This document shows, in pieces, positions 57,001-64,000 of a DNA stretch of 64,000 nt. This DNA is from Candidatus Omnitrophota bacterium (GTDB taxonomy: Bacteria; Omnitrophota; Gorgyraeia; Duberdicusellales; 4484-171), in the NCBI GenBank assembly GCA_041652815.1, contig JBAZGN010000002.1, positions 77,570 to 141,569 of the forward strand, in the 5' to 3' direction. The notes beneath the pieces are model-generated. The model searched no databases and was not told where the DNA came from. It saw nothing but the letters and a program-made list of their open reading frames with translations. The translations under genes and the position numbers were made by a program. Each line of letters starts with the position of its first letter. Positions within the stretch are counted from its first letter, which is position 1.

Positions 57001-60000
57001 TAAATGGTTGGGGAGGAATTTTGCAAAGAGTAAGAAATGATTTCCGGGGCGAGAGAGATGTGCAATCTTTAGCAAATATCTGTATGCTGGAAAAAGCTTT
57101 AGGCGTTTCTATCGACGATCAGGCAGCTTCAGAAAGCACGCCACCAGAGGCAAAAGAACAGGCATATTTAGCTTTTGTTGCGAATGCCCGCGCTGAAAGA
57201 ATACTACGTGAAACAATGCGTACAAAAATGGGGCTAAGTAGGCAACAGCTAAGACATTCACGCAAGATGGCAGCAAGGCGCGAAAAGGCAAGAATTGCCG
57301 AGCAAAAAGCTCAGCAAGCCGCAAAGCCAAGGCATAGCCCAAGAGCGTTAGCAAAAGAAACTCGAGAAGATGCGAAGCAACAAGAAAAGTTAGCTCAACA
57401 AAAAGAAAAAACGCACAACAAAGCATTAAAAAGACAAAATAAATACTATAGGGCTCACCAGAGAGAACTCCGGCGTAAACGCCGTAAGGTCTGGCTGTGG
57501 GCTAAAAAAGCTTCTCGTTCCCGGAAAACAAATACAATTATACTTAGCGATATAGAAAAGTTGGTAGCAAAAAAACATTTCAGCCCCACCTATTATTCTC
57601 TTCTTACTATTGCTAGAGAATTAAATTTAAGCCCGCCGCAGGTGTGGCTTATCGCAAAAAAAGTTTTGTTAAAATATTGGATTTCTGCTTTAGAACGGCC
57701 CAATCCTAAATATTCAATCGAAGAACTCGAAACTGCTGTAAATCCGGTTGCAACGCTTTCTCTAATTGTAAATACACCTTTTGTGCGCCAGTTACTTTGG
57801 AGAAACAATCAGCTGGAATTGCCTGTTATTCCTTTAGATTTTAATCCAGCAACGCCAGAAGAGTTTTTAACGAGGCTGCAAGCGCTTTTAAATATTCTGG
57901 AGATAATGGAAGCAACTTACCAAGAAAGTTCAATGTTTGATGAACTTTTCTTCGTTACAGAAACGCTGCAGCATTTGGCTTTAGCCGGAGAAATAAAAGC
58001 TGTTGTGCGGTATAATTTAGTGCGCTTGCGCCATACCAGTGCCTATAAAGCGCAGCCGGATAAAGCTTATCTAGAACGGCATATCTCTCGAGCAGATTTA
58101 GCTCATGAAATAGGAACTAATTCGCGCACAATTGCCTGGGTAGAAAAAGGCCAAGAGCGCGTTCCTTACTCTATGGAACTTTTAGGCAAAATTATACGTT
58201 TATTGGCATTCTCCGGCAAATTCGAATTAGATTACGCAAATACTTCATTGCCCGGCAAGGCTCAAGCTGTTGTAGGCTTACTTTGTGATAACCGAAACTT
58301 AGATTTGTCTTATAACATAGTTCTTGCTGCCAGAACAGTTAATACCGGGCTGGCTTTGCGCGCGGAAAATATTCTGATTTCTTCGCAGAAAATAAATACT
58401 AATTTTGTTGCAGCCTCTGAGAAAAGTAAACAAAAAACCTATGCCGCAAAAACTGAGCTGCTTCTTCCGCAAAGAGGGTACCCTTGGGAGTTAAGAGGCC
58501 AGGCTGCCGCTATTTTCCGATTAAATTTAAGGCTCGTATTAGAACAAGGGACTACCGTAACCAGAGCGCAGGGAAAAGGGGAGAAAAGTAATTCCAAAAA
58601 AGAAGCGCTTATGTCTTATAGAGATATAGCGCAAAGCATACACCGGCCGGTTTCTTTTGTGCTGGCAGTTGCACAAAATCGCCATGACGAAGGAAAGCTC
58701 TGGATTTTTAATGTGGATTCTATTTTGTCGTATCTTGCCTCATCACGGGTTATTTTATATGCTATCAGCCAAGACCCGCATAAAAGTTTCGAGGATGTAT
58801 TAAGGCTAATGTTTAATGTCGATAGTATGGCAAGAATGAGAGGTATTATCGAACAGGTAGAGGCGATTAATGGAAATAGGGCTGCAACTATTACTAACAT
58901 TTCACCCGAGGAAGCAGTTTTATCAGGAATGTATAAGCAAGGAAAAGAAAAGCGGTTTGCAGGCGCGGCCTTAGAGCGTTTAGGGGGAAATTTAAAAACT
59001 ACAATGCAGGCTGTTTCTATTTGCGGGAAACCTCTTACTTATAAACGCTTGGCAGATTTGTTGCACATATCTCTTAGGCAGATTAAAGGGATTGCTGCAG
59101 CCGAAAGGCCTATTACTTATCCTGCGGCATACAGTATTATCTGGACGTTTTCTGGATTACGGTATCAGGAAGGAAAAGACAGGGAAAATCTTTTTAAAGA
59201 AACAACGGATTTACTATTTTCATCCTCTTCGCCTATTCAGCCAAAGCGTAATAGTCAAGATAAAGGTAAAATAATAAGGCCGCGCAGCTCTCAACAAGTA
59301 GAAAAAATGATTGAGACGGCAATGGGACTGGCTCCTTTGCCGCGTATTTCAATGCTGTGGCATGCTAATTTGTTCCATAATTCCGAATATGATTGGAGAA
59401 ACAGTTTCATTATGACAAAAATCGCAAAAGCGTACGTTAAGCTTGATAATTATAGCAGAGCAGAAGCATGGTTATTGCGTGCCGTAAAAGCGGATATGCA
59501 CCTTTTAGCTCTCAGCCGCAGATACCCTTACGATCGTTTCCGTGAATATGCGTTTCACAGCCAGGCAGTAGGTTATTGTATGCTTTCCCAGTTTTATTTA
59601 GATTGTGCAAACAAAGGAATAGATTCGAATCGTATGTTTGAAATGGCACAAATGGCAATTATGCGCGCAGTTAAAATTGATTCTTATCGCAATAATCATG
59701 ATCTTAGGGTGGCAGAACAGCGAGATAAAGTTTTCGCAATTACAGGAAAAGCTTCATCTCCTGCGCCCAATGAAAGTGATGTTCCGGTAAATAAGCATAT
59801 CTCTATTCCTTATACCGTAAAGCGCGGCGATATTTTTCATTCAGGAAGAAAAATTGAACTGATGATTTTTGAAATTAATCGTGGATTTATTGTATTTGAA
59901 ATATGCAGGCCTAACCAGGATTTTATTGAAGGAAAAGGCCCGAGAGGCCCGCCAGCTTACCATGACAGAAGAACTGTAACTGCCAACAATCGCACCGTAC

Positions 60001-63000
60001 AAATTATTCCCGGATTTAATATACGGGTCGAGAAAATAAAAAATAGCAAAGCTTATATCCATCTTATCTCTCCCGCCAACCGTCAATTTGAGGAAGGACA
60101 AGTTCCCGAACGAGGCTCAAGCCCTGTAAAAGCTGATACAACAAAAAATAAACGAACCGCTGAAACATATCGAAGGCAGGCAAAAGTTTTTAAAACCGTA
60201 CAACGGCTTGCAAAGAGAAGGCATAACACCGCCAATTGTAATATAACAGTTTCCGAAGTGGCCGCAGAATTAAAAGATACATTAAGCCGTAGGGCTGTCG
60301 GTAAGGACTTGTTAAGGCTTGAGGAATTTCATTTATTGACAGGTAACCGCAGAAACAGAAAAAATATTTGGACATTTTGGTTGGCAAAAGATATTGGTAC
60401 CTTTACGCGTCAGGATTTAGATTGGCTTACTCAATATATTGAACGTGTTAACAATAATACGCGATACGTATCAAAGCTTTTCGAAGCAGCTATTGGCCAG
60501 TACCCGAGGGATATACGGCTTGGAGCGCTACATAGACAATTTACCGAACTTTTGCAATCTGATGATGCAGCGGCCTTAGCATTTATCCGAGACGCAGCAA
60601 AATTTTTGGATTACCGTGGCCCATACGAAAAACAAATTCAGCTTGCCGGCATGTTGTTTTTTTCGCAATATGTCCCCTCCGGCTATTTATTCATACCCCA
60701 ATCAGTGAAGCACAAAAGAAAGAATCTAAAAAAAGAACGGCTTTTAACAGGAGAGGAATTATATTTACAGCGGATAGGCGAGTACCCACTTTTATCTGCT
60801 CTCGCAGAGGTGGTTTTATGTATAAGGGCGCGATACGGCGATAAAGAAGCTACGCAAAGAGTGTGGGAGTCAAACCTGCGGCTTGTAGTAAGCATTGCAA
60901 AAAAGTATGCAAAGAGATATAGATTTGCCCTCCTGGATTTAGCGGACGTAGGAAATATCGGGCTACGCAACGCAATACCTAAATTTGAACCGCAATTAGG
61001 TTTTAAATTCAGTACCTATGCCACCTGGTGGATACGCCAGGCAATACTGAGAGAAATTGAAATGCAGCGAACGCAGATTCGTATCGCAGGGAAACAGCGG
61101 GATACAGATGAAGAATTCAGGAGACTTTGCCTTACGAAATTTGGCATTGACCCGGCAAGCCCTCAGGCATCACCTGAAGTGTCCCCTGTGCATATCGCTG
61201 AAATTACCGGCGTTCCCGTTGAAGAAGTTGAAGATTACCGCCGGCGCAGCTTGCCAATGCCGTCAATTGATCAAGCGTTTTCCGGAAAGGATAAAGATGA
61301 ACCGGAAGCAACATTTAAAGGTAATTTAGGAGAGGAAGACGAGGCCATTGATATTATGACTATCCGTAGAGTGATAGAAGAAATTATTGCAAGGACTGAT
61401 TGGGCGCTTACGCGAAAGTGGAGGAAAAGCCCCAATCGCGGAAGAGATATGTTAATTTGGAAGTTACGCGTAGCAGATGATTTATTGGGCGCAGTGGGTG
61501 CGGAAGAATCTTTGACATTAGAAAATACCGCAAAGCGTTTATATGAGCTCGGCTATACTGGGGAATCAAAAGATAAGCCATTAACAAGAGAAAGAATACG
61601 ACAAATAGAGATAAAGATAAGACGTGTGCTTGAGCCAATTGCGGTTGACGTTTTAAAAGATGCCGGCATGGGCGTAGATTTCCTTAGTCTTTACGAAAGC
61701 TTCTCGGAAAAATCTCAGGGTGGAATTAATGAAACTGCCGCCAGCTCGCCGGCACCGCAAACCGATAATTCCCATATTCCTTATCCGAGAAAAGGGTCAT
61801 CTTTAGAGCGCCAGCGTAGGCTGCAAGATTTTATTAAAGAGCATACATTTACCCATAGCCGGCTTGTTAAGTACGGCATGCATCCTACACGTTTACCTTT
61901 CGAGATATTAATCAAAGCTTTAAACGAACTTGAACTGCGCTTCGGCGGTCCCGGAAGTTTGAGAGGTAAACGGCTTCTTGATTTAGGAACTGGTGACCTG
62001 CGAGTGGGGCTGGCAGCTGCCTATCTTTATGGTATGTATGTAACTGCGGTAGAAATTGATGAGGATGTGCACAAAAAAGCATTTGAAGTTTATAGGAAGG
62101 CACAGGCACAAGGTTTTACTGAAAGACTTACCTTTATAGATAGACCCCAAAATGCCTTTGGCCTTCGATGGGAAAAGAATGGGGAGAATTTCGACATTGT
62201 ATTTTTCTTTTATACTGAGCCCGCTCAAGACGTTGCGATATGGAGGAAAACTCTTAAAGCTTGCACGAATACTTTGAAACCAAGCGCTGTCTTGGCTATT
62301 GTGGCTAATGAAGTTAATAAAAGCCAAGGGCAAAAATATAATGTTGACGAGCTTAAGGCGCTTTTTATAAATTCACCGCAGGAGATGTATATTGGCAGCC
62401 ACAATGATCTCGGTAATCTTTATGTTTTTTATCCCGATAATTCCGCAAGCTCGTCGCTTAATAATGGCAAAAGTTCCAGCATCGCCACGCAGAATCAGAA
62501 TAATGCTTTGGTAAGCTCAAGCCCCCTCTCGCAAAATTTATGGCCGGCTGTAATAAAACGCATTACAAACTCTCTTTATTATGACAAATTGGTTTCTGTC
62601 GGTATGGCTATACCAGTGTTATCGGCTGATGACACTTTATATTCCCGTTTAAGCCATATTTGTAGAGTCGAAACAGCTGCAAAGCTCTGGGCGCAAAAAT
62701 GGCGTAAAGGCTTATGCAATCGCGTTAAGCTGCAGCCGGATATAATTACATTTTTCGCTATTTGCCAACAGCTTGGCGCTGCTGCTTTTGCGAATTATAC
62801 TGGAGAGGTTTTAAAACTTAACGGAAATAATTCCGGAGAGCTTCATTTTGCACAGGCAATTGTCCATGATTTATGTCATTCCAAGAGAGCAACACTGAAT
62901 TCAATACAGGGCTATTTACAGGAAATCCAGCAACTTGCTTTGGAGAATATTCCTAATTTATCTTTTGAAGCCAAATTCGTCGTAGCCAGCAATGTGCTTA

Positions 63001-64000
63001 TAGGCTTAATTGAGGATGTTGTTTTTGCCCGGCGGCTGGGTTTAATAGATGAGCAAAACGCTAATCAACCCTTATGTGTATTTGAACAAAGGTTTGGCGC
63101 AAATAGCCTAAACCGCGTTGATACCTTATCCGATAATAATACTAATGAAAGAATAAGCTATATAGCCGTAAATTTTATAAATAGATTTAATGGCAGGCTT
63201 GATTATGAAACATTAAGGCAATTAAGTAGATTGCATAACGATGTAATTACGGTTATTAGGGAAAGGCTGCGCCAGATTTATAAGGTAGAGGCGTTTAGTG
63301 AAGCGGCAAATAAAGTCTTTATAGCTTTAAAGACGCATCTACGCAATAATTTACAAGCTGTATGTATGGAATTTCTCAAATTAGGAGAACCGCAATTGCT
63401 TAACCGGGCAGCTTGTTTGGAGAATTTGCCTCCACAACGCTGGAAACAACATTTAAAAAGAATTCAAGACACTGGTACGGCCGCAGTAGGTTTTGCACAA
63501 ATTTCGCGGATGTACTTGATAGAACATAGGCCGATAAGAAGAATAAGCGCTGAATTCGGCATAGCCGAACCCCTTGTTTGGTTAATGACCCGCCGCGCGC
63601 AGATAAGGCACCTAATGCGAAATTCTTTACCGCTGGAGGAGGCATTGCGCCGCATTGAGCCCCTCCTAACCTTGCATACAATAGTAGACATTCCTTTTGT
63701 TAAGAAAGAGCTAGGCATAAATAAAGAGTTTGCCGAATTGCCGGAAGAAATTACCGAAGCTAATGTTCGTAGCGTGCTTAAAAGCTTAGAAGAATTCTTA
63801 CAAATACTTGAAGATACTTACGCTAATCCCGCAATGCCTTTTGATAATTTATTTTCGGTTGCTTTAATGAATTATAAAGAGCGTCTCGCGCTTTGCGGGC
63901 CTCTAGCGGCAATAGTAAGATATAATCTTAGTTTTGCAAGGAATAGCGGCATAAATAAAAGCATTGCCGCAAAGTCAAAGCATGGCCATTATATAACCTG
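3..64000 (+). CDS. Internal fragment of a giant multidomain ORF. It is open at both window edges, has at least 21,332 codons and no in-frame stop.
   Basis: Frame with codon starts divisible by 3. Verified codon by codon for 3-692 ([11 protein letters not shown]...[20 protein letters not shown]) and 63951-63998 (...[16 protein letters not shown]). The remainder was read continuously with no TAA/TAG/TGA met. The supplied ORF track has zero entries in this frame, while every listed + ORF starts at a position with start mod 3 = 1 or 2. Dozens of canonical enzyme motifs read cleanly in this single frame across all 64 kb. Confidence 0.85.
690..1650 (+). other. Domain: radical SAM core with a C-terminal Cys-rich SPASM/twitch-like extension (copy 1).
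   Basis: CxxxCxxC at 723-746 ([13 protein letters not shown]). Gly-rich [10 protein letters not shown] at about 885-910. Downstream Cys cluster PPCCHLTY...SCSICPP at about 1470-1620. Confidence 0.78.
2200..3260 (+). other. Domain: radical SAM core with a SPASM-like Cys cluster (copy 2, tandem to copy 1).
   Basis: CxxxCxxC at 2259-2282 ([12 protein letters not shown]). [13 protein letters not shown] motif at about 2410-2450. Cys-rich tail CWWAITG...[11 protein letters not shown]...[10 protein letters not shown] at about 3000-3245. Confidence 0.72.
3495..4130 (+). other. Domain: HAD-superfamily hydrolase (copy 1).
   Basis: Motif [10 protein letters not shown] at about 3501-3527. C-terminal [10 protein letters not shown] at about 4040-4070. 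It follows an SSP linker ([16 protein letters not shown]). Confidence 0.7.
4210..5050 (+). other. Domain: inosine-uridine nucleoside hydrolase-like.
   Basis: N-terminal [21 protein letters not shown] resembles the DxDxxxDD aspartate cluster of IU-nucleoside hydrolases (cf. DCDPGHDDAxAL). [13 protein letters not shown] follows downstream. Confidence 0.4.
5380..5830 (+). other. Domain: HD metal-dependent phosphohydrolase-like.
   Basis: [11 protein letters not shown] (H-D dyad at about 5583-5588). Downstream [13 protein letters not shown] acidic motif at about 5775-5810. Confidence 0.45.
8700..10330 (+). other. Domain: alpha-glucan (glycogen) phosphorylase-like, GT35-like.
   Basis: [17 protein letters not shown] at about 8838-8880 resembles the phosphorylase GNGGLGRLAACFLDS motif. 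[17 protein letters not shown] at about 10140-10190 resembles the E-A-S-G-x-x-x-M-K PLP-lysine region. Confidence 0.42.
10840..11470 (+). other. Domain: HAD-superfamily hydrolase (copy 2), paralogous to 3495-4130.
   Basis: [18 protein letters not shown] at about 10826-10870. [10 protein letters not shown] and C-terminal [10 protein letters not shown] at about 11390-11415. The whole module is collinear with copy 1 (GIISDRF..., FHS(Y/C)EH..., FFVDD..., Q(T/A)(V/I)HY(V/A)F). Confidence 0.7.
15650..16900 (+). other. Domain: Glu/Leu/Phe/Val amino-acid dehydrogenase-like.
   Basis: [10 protein letters not shown] at about 15765-15795 (compare the GDH catalytic-Lys GGxKGG box). [16 protein letters not shown] at about 16250-16300 matches the ELFV dinucleotide-binding GFGNVG motif. 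Confidence 0.45.
17700..17760 (+). other. P-loop NTPase Walker A motif.
   Basis: [17 protein letters not shown]. GxxGxGKST at 17727-17750 was verified codon by codon. Confidence 0.5.
20410..20485 (+). repeat. Copy 1 of a roughly 75-nt conserved element (peptide [25 protein letters not shown]).
   Basis: The 13-nt tcggttgcggcag is shared with the copies at 34810 and 56708. ccgtggctggtgg is shared with all copies. ctgccgcagccg is shared with copy 2. Confidence 0.7.
23260..24450 (+). other. Domain: B12-binding-like N-terminal module plus radical SAM core (class B-like, copy 3).
   Basis: Rossmann-like [12 protein letters not shown]...RIIGGAHAS at about 23260-23600. CxxxCxxC at 23895-23918 ([14 protein letters not shown]). 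Downstream AIEFGIEN...YYLAGLPQE is typical of radical SAM TIM-barrel strands. Confidence 0.68.
33020..34450 (+). other. Domain: CBM48 (E-set) followed by a GH13 alpha-amylase-family catalytic domain.
   Basis: [21 protein letters not shown]...GDIWEITIP at about 33020-33200 (CBM48 pattern FxVWAP..V.V.GDFN..W...GxWE). GH13 region [14 protein letters not shown] at about 33640-33680. Region [13 protein letters not shown] at about 33843-33875. Confidence 0.65.
34810..34885 (+). repeat. Copy 2 of the roughly 75-nt conserved element (peptide [25 protein letters not shown]).
   Basis: tcggttgcggcag...ctcttccgtggctggttgg...ctcttgctgccgcagccgct. Near-identical nucleotide strings to copy 1. Confidence 0.7.
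36950..38700 (+). other. Domain: GH77 4-alpha-glucanotransferase (amylomaltase/MalQ-like).
   Basis: Three family-typical boxes. [18 protein letters not shown] at about 37085-37140 (compare SPYxxxSAFAxNPLxI). [17 protein letters not shown] at about 37900-37950 (compare the LRIDH nucleophile box). [11 protein letters not shown] at about 38433-38468 (compare the EDLG acid/base box). Confidence 0.7.
39700..39960 (+). other. Domain: GHKL-type ATPase-like (anti-sigma/Ser-kinase-like).
   Basis: [12 protein letters not shown] (N-box-like) ...[25 protein letters not shown] (G1-like DxGxG). Confidence 0.4.
42280..42900 (+). other. Domain: MutS-family (domain V) ABC ATPase-like.
   Basis: Walker [21 protein letters not shown] at about 42404-42445 closely resembles the MutS ITGPNMGGKSTYMRQ box. 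Walker-B-like [18 protein letters not shown] at about 42640-42690 (compare MutS DExGRGTSTxDG). Confidence 0.55.
43726..43776 (+). other. SEC-C zinc-binding motif.
   Basis: [16 protein letters not shown] is near-identical to the SecA C-terminal SEC-C consensus ([15 protein letters not shown]). Confidence 0.75.
44100..44460 (+). other. Domain: possible class I SAM-dependent methyltransferase fold.
   Basis: [18 protein letters not shown] (motif I-like hhDhxxGxG) ...[10 protein letters not shown] (motif II-like). Confidence 0.3.
45810..46800 (+). other. Domain: eukaryotic-type Ser/Thr protein kinase-like fold, possibly a pseudokinase.
   Basis: Gly-loop [12 protein letters not shown] at about 45834-45870. 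VAIK-like RYAIKVY at about 45895-45915. Catalytic-loop position reads [13 protein letters not shown] at about 46296-46330, where the HRD Asp position is read as Glu. DFG position reads LIDSDGT at about 46350-46370. Subdomain [15 protein letters not shown] at about 46536-46580. Confidence 0.55.
47260..47640 (+). other. GHKL-ATPase-like module, copy A of a tandem paralogous pair.
   Basis: [10 protein letters not shown]...[34 protein letters not shown]...[22 protein letters not shown]. Confidence 0.45.
48080..48500 (+). other. Domain: class I SAM-dependent methyltransferase.
   Basis: Motif [18 protein letters not shown] at about 48160-48215. Downstream [10 protein letters not shown] and GGKIFIF are motif II/III-like. 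Confidence 0.55.
49330..49700 (+). other. GHKL-ATPase-like module, copy B (paralogue of 47260-47640).
   Basis: [10 protein letters not shown]...[37 protein letters not shown]...[22 protein letters not shown]. Collinear with copy A. Confidence 0.45.
51160..51990 (+). other. Domain: endonuclease/exonuclease/phosphatase (EEP) family.
   Basis: [19 protein letters not shown] at about 51286-51320. LGGDFNT at about 51688-51710. [12 protein letters not shown] at about 51945-51975. Confidence 0.65.
52000..52680 (+). other. Domain: SGNH/GDSL hydrolase.
   Basis: Block [12 protein letters not shown] at about 52015-52045. Block [11 protein letters not shown] at about 52318-52340. Block [12 protein letters not shown] at about 52605-52635 (DxxH). 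Confidence 0.65.
53380..53650 (+). other. Domain: GHKL ATPase-like (RsbW/SpoIIAB anti-sigma-factor-like).
   Basis: [48 protein letters not shown]-box E..N...HA and G1 box DNGPGM. Confidence 0.45.
55150..55450 (+). other. Domain: GNAT acetyltransferase-like fold (tentative).
   Basis: [47 protein letters not shown] resembles GNAT motif A (V-x-x-x-x-R-x-x-G-x-G). Confidence 0.35.
55840..56220 (+). other. Domain: histidine-kinase-type HATPase_c catalytic ATPase.
   Basis: N box [12 protein letters not shown] at about 55852-55885. G1 [10 protein letters not shown] at about 55950-55980. G2 [13 protein letters not shown] at about 56095-56130. G3 [11 protein letters not shown] at about 56184-56215. 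No convincing upstream H-box was found. Confidence 0.7.
56708..56785 (+). repeat. Copy 3 of the roughly 75-nt conserved element (peptide [27 protein letters not shown]).
   Basis: tcggttgcggcag...cctctccgtggctggtggg...ctctgccgtaaccgtttct. Confidence 0.65.
57120..57500 (+). other. Lys/Arg/Gln/Ala-rich highly basic low-complexity segment.
   Basis: ...[81 protein letters not shown]... Confidence 0.5.
57560..58060 (+). repeat. Internal protein-level repeat module, copy 1 (homologous to 63500-64000).
   Basis: ...[12 protein letters not shown]...[41 protein letters not shown]...[17 protein letters not shown] is collinear with ...[11 protein letters not shown]...[42 protein letters not shown]...[17 protein letters not shown]. 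Confidence 0.55.
58070..58200 (+). other. Possible XRE/Cro-type helix-turn-helix.
   Basis: [42 protein letters not shown] (compare the Cro/C1 pattern LSQxxLAxxxGVSxxxIsxxExG). Confidence 0.4.
60750..61650 (+). other. Domain: sigma-70-family RNA polymerase sigma factor, regions 1.2/2 through 4.
   Basis: [14 protein letters not shown] (region 1.2). [18 protein letters not shown]...[43 protein letters not shown] (regions 2.1-2.4, verified codon by codon at 61002-61040). [15 protein letters not shown] (region 3). [15 protein letters not shown]...[19 protein letters not shown] (region 4.2 HTH, about 61500-61645). Confidence 0.8.
61900..62350 (+). other. Domain: class I SAM-dependent methyltransferase (second copy of the fold).
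   Basis: Motif [20 protein letters not shown] at about 61965-62020. Motif [14 protein letters not shown]. Post-II FDIVFFF. Confidence 0.55.
63500..64000 (+). repeat. Internal repeat module, copy 2 (paralogue of 57560-58060). It continues past the window edge.
   Basis: See the alignment under 57560-58060. The AIVRYNL / AVVRYNL signature is shared. Confidence 0.55.

Noticed and set aside
1-64000. Interpretation as many separate, translationally coupled genes (an operon of fused-looking enzymes)
   Set aside because: No stop codon of any type was met in the frame. No ORF in that frame appears in the supplied track. Domain boundaries carry SSP linkers rather than stop/RBS/start signatures.
1-64000. 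Alternative genetic code (stop-codon reassignment) as the explanation for the missing ORFs
   Set aside because: It is unnecessary. The frame contains no TAA, TAG or TGA at all where checked, so the standard code already gives a continuous ORF.

Overview
The whole 64 kb window appears to be one uninterrupted protein-coding frame on the + strand. Codons start at positions that are multiples of 3 (3, 6, 9 ...). I translated positions 3-692 and the last 50 nt codon by codon and found no TAA, TAG or TGA. A faster read of the rest of that frame also met no stop. The supplied ORF track agrees: it lists no ORF at all in that frame, although radical-SAM CxxxCxxC boxes, HAD DxDG boxes, GH13/GH77 motifs and sigma-70 region 2 all read cleanly in it. 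An ORF finder needs a stop codon to close an ORF, so an ORF open at both window edges goes unreported. The window is therefore an internal fragment (at least 21,332 codons) of a giant gene larger than 64 kb. Its product is a mosaic mega-protein of several dozen recognisable domains. In order: two tandem radical SAM/SPASM-like domains, a HAD hydrolase, a nucleoside-hydrolase-like domain, an HD domain, an alpha-glucan phosphorylase-like domain, a second HAD, a Glu/Leu/Phe/Val-dehydrogenase-like domain, a P-loop, a B12-binding radical SAM domain, CBM48+GH13, GH77 amylomaltase, several GHKL ATPase modules, a MutS-like ABC ATPase, a SEC-C zinc motif, a Ser/Thr-kinase-like (possibly pseudokinase) domain, class I methyltransferases, an EEP nuclease/phosphatase, an SGNH hydrolase, a GNAT-like domain, a histidine-kinase HATPase_c domain, a KR-rich basic segment, an XRE-like HTH and a near-complete sigma-70 domain (regions 2-4). 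Domains are separated by a strongly over-represented Ser-Ser-Pro linker motif, about 50 copies by eye. A roughly 75-nt element is conserved at both nucleotide and peptide level in three places. All short ORFs in the supplied track are antisense or off-frame and are judged spurious. No RNA genes, CRISPR arrays, mobile elements, promoters or terminators can be supported, because the window contains no intergenic DNA. Giant genes of this size have been reported mainly from uncultivated lineages, which is the established-knowledge context. The taxon cannot be assigned from the sequence alone.
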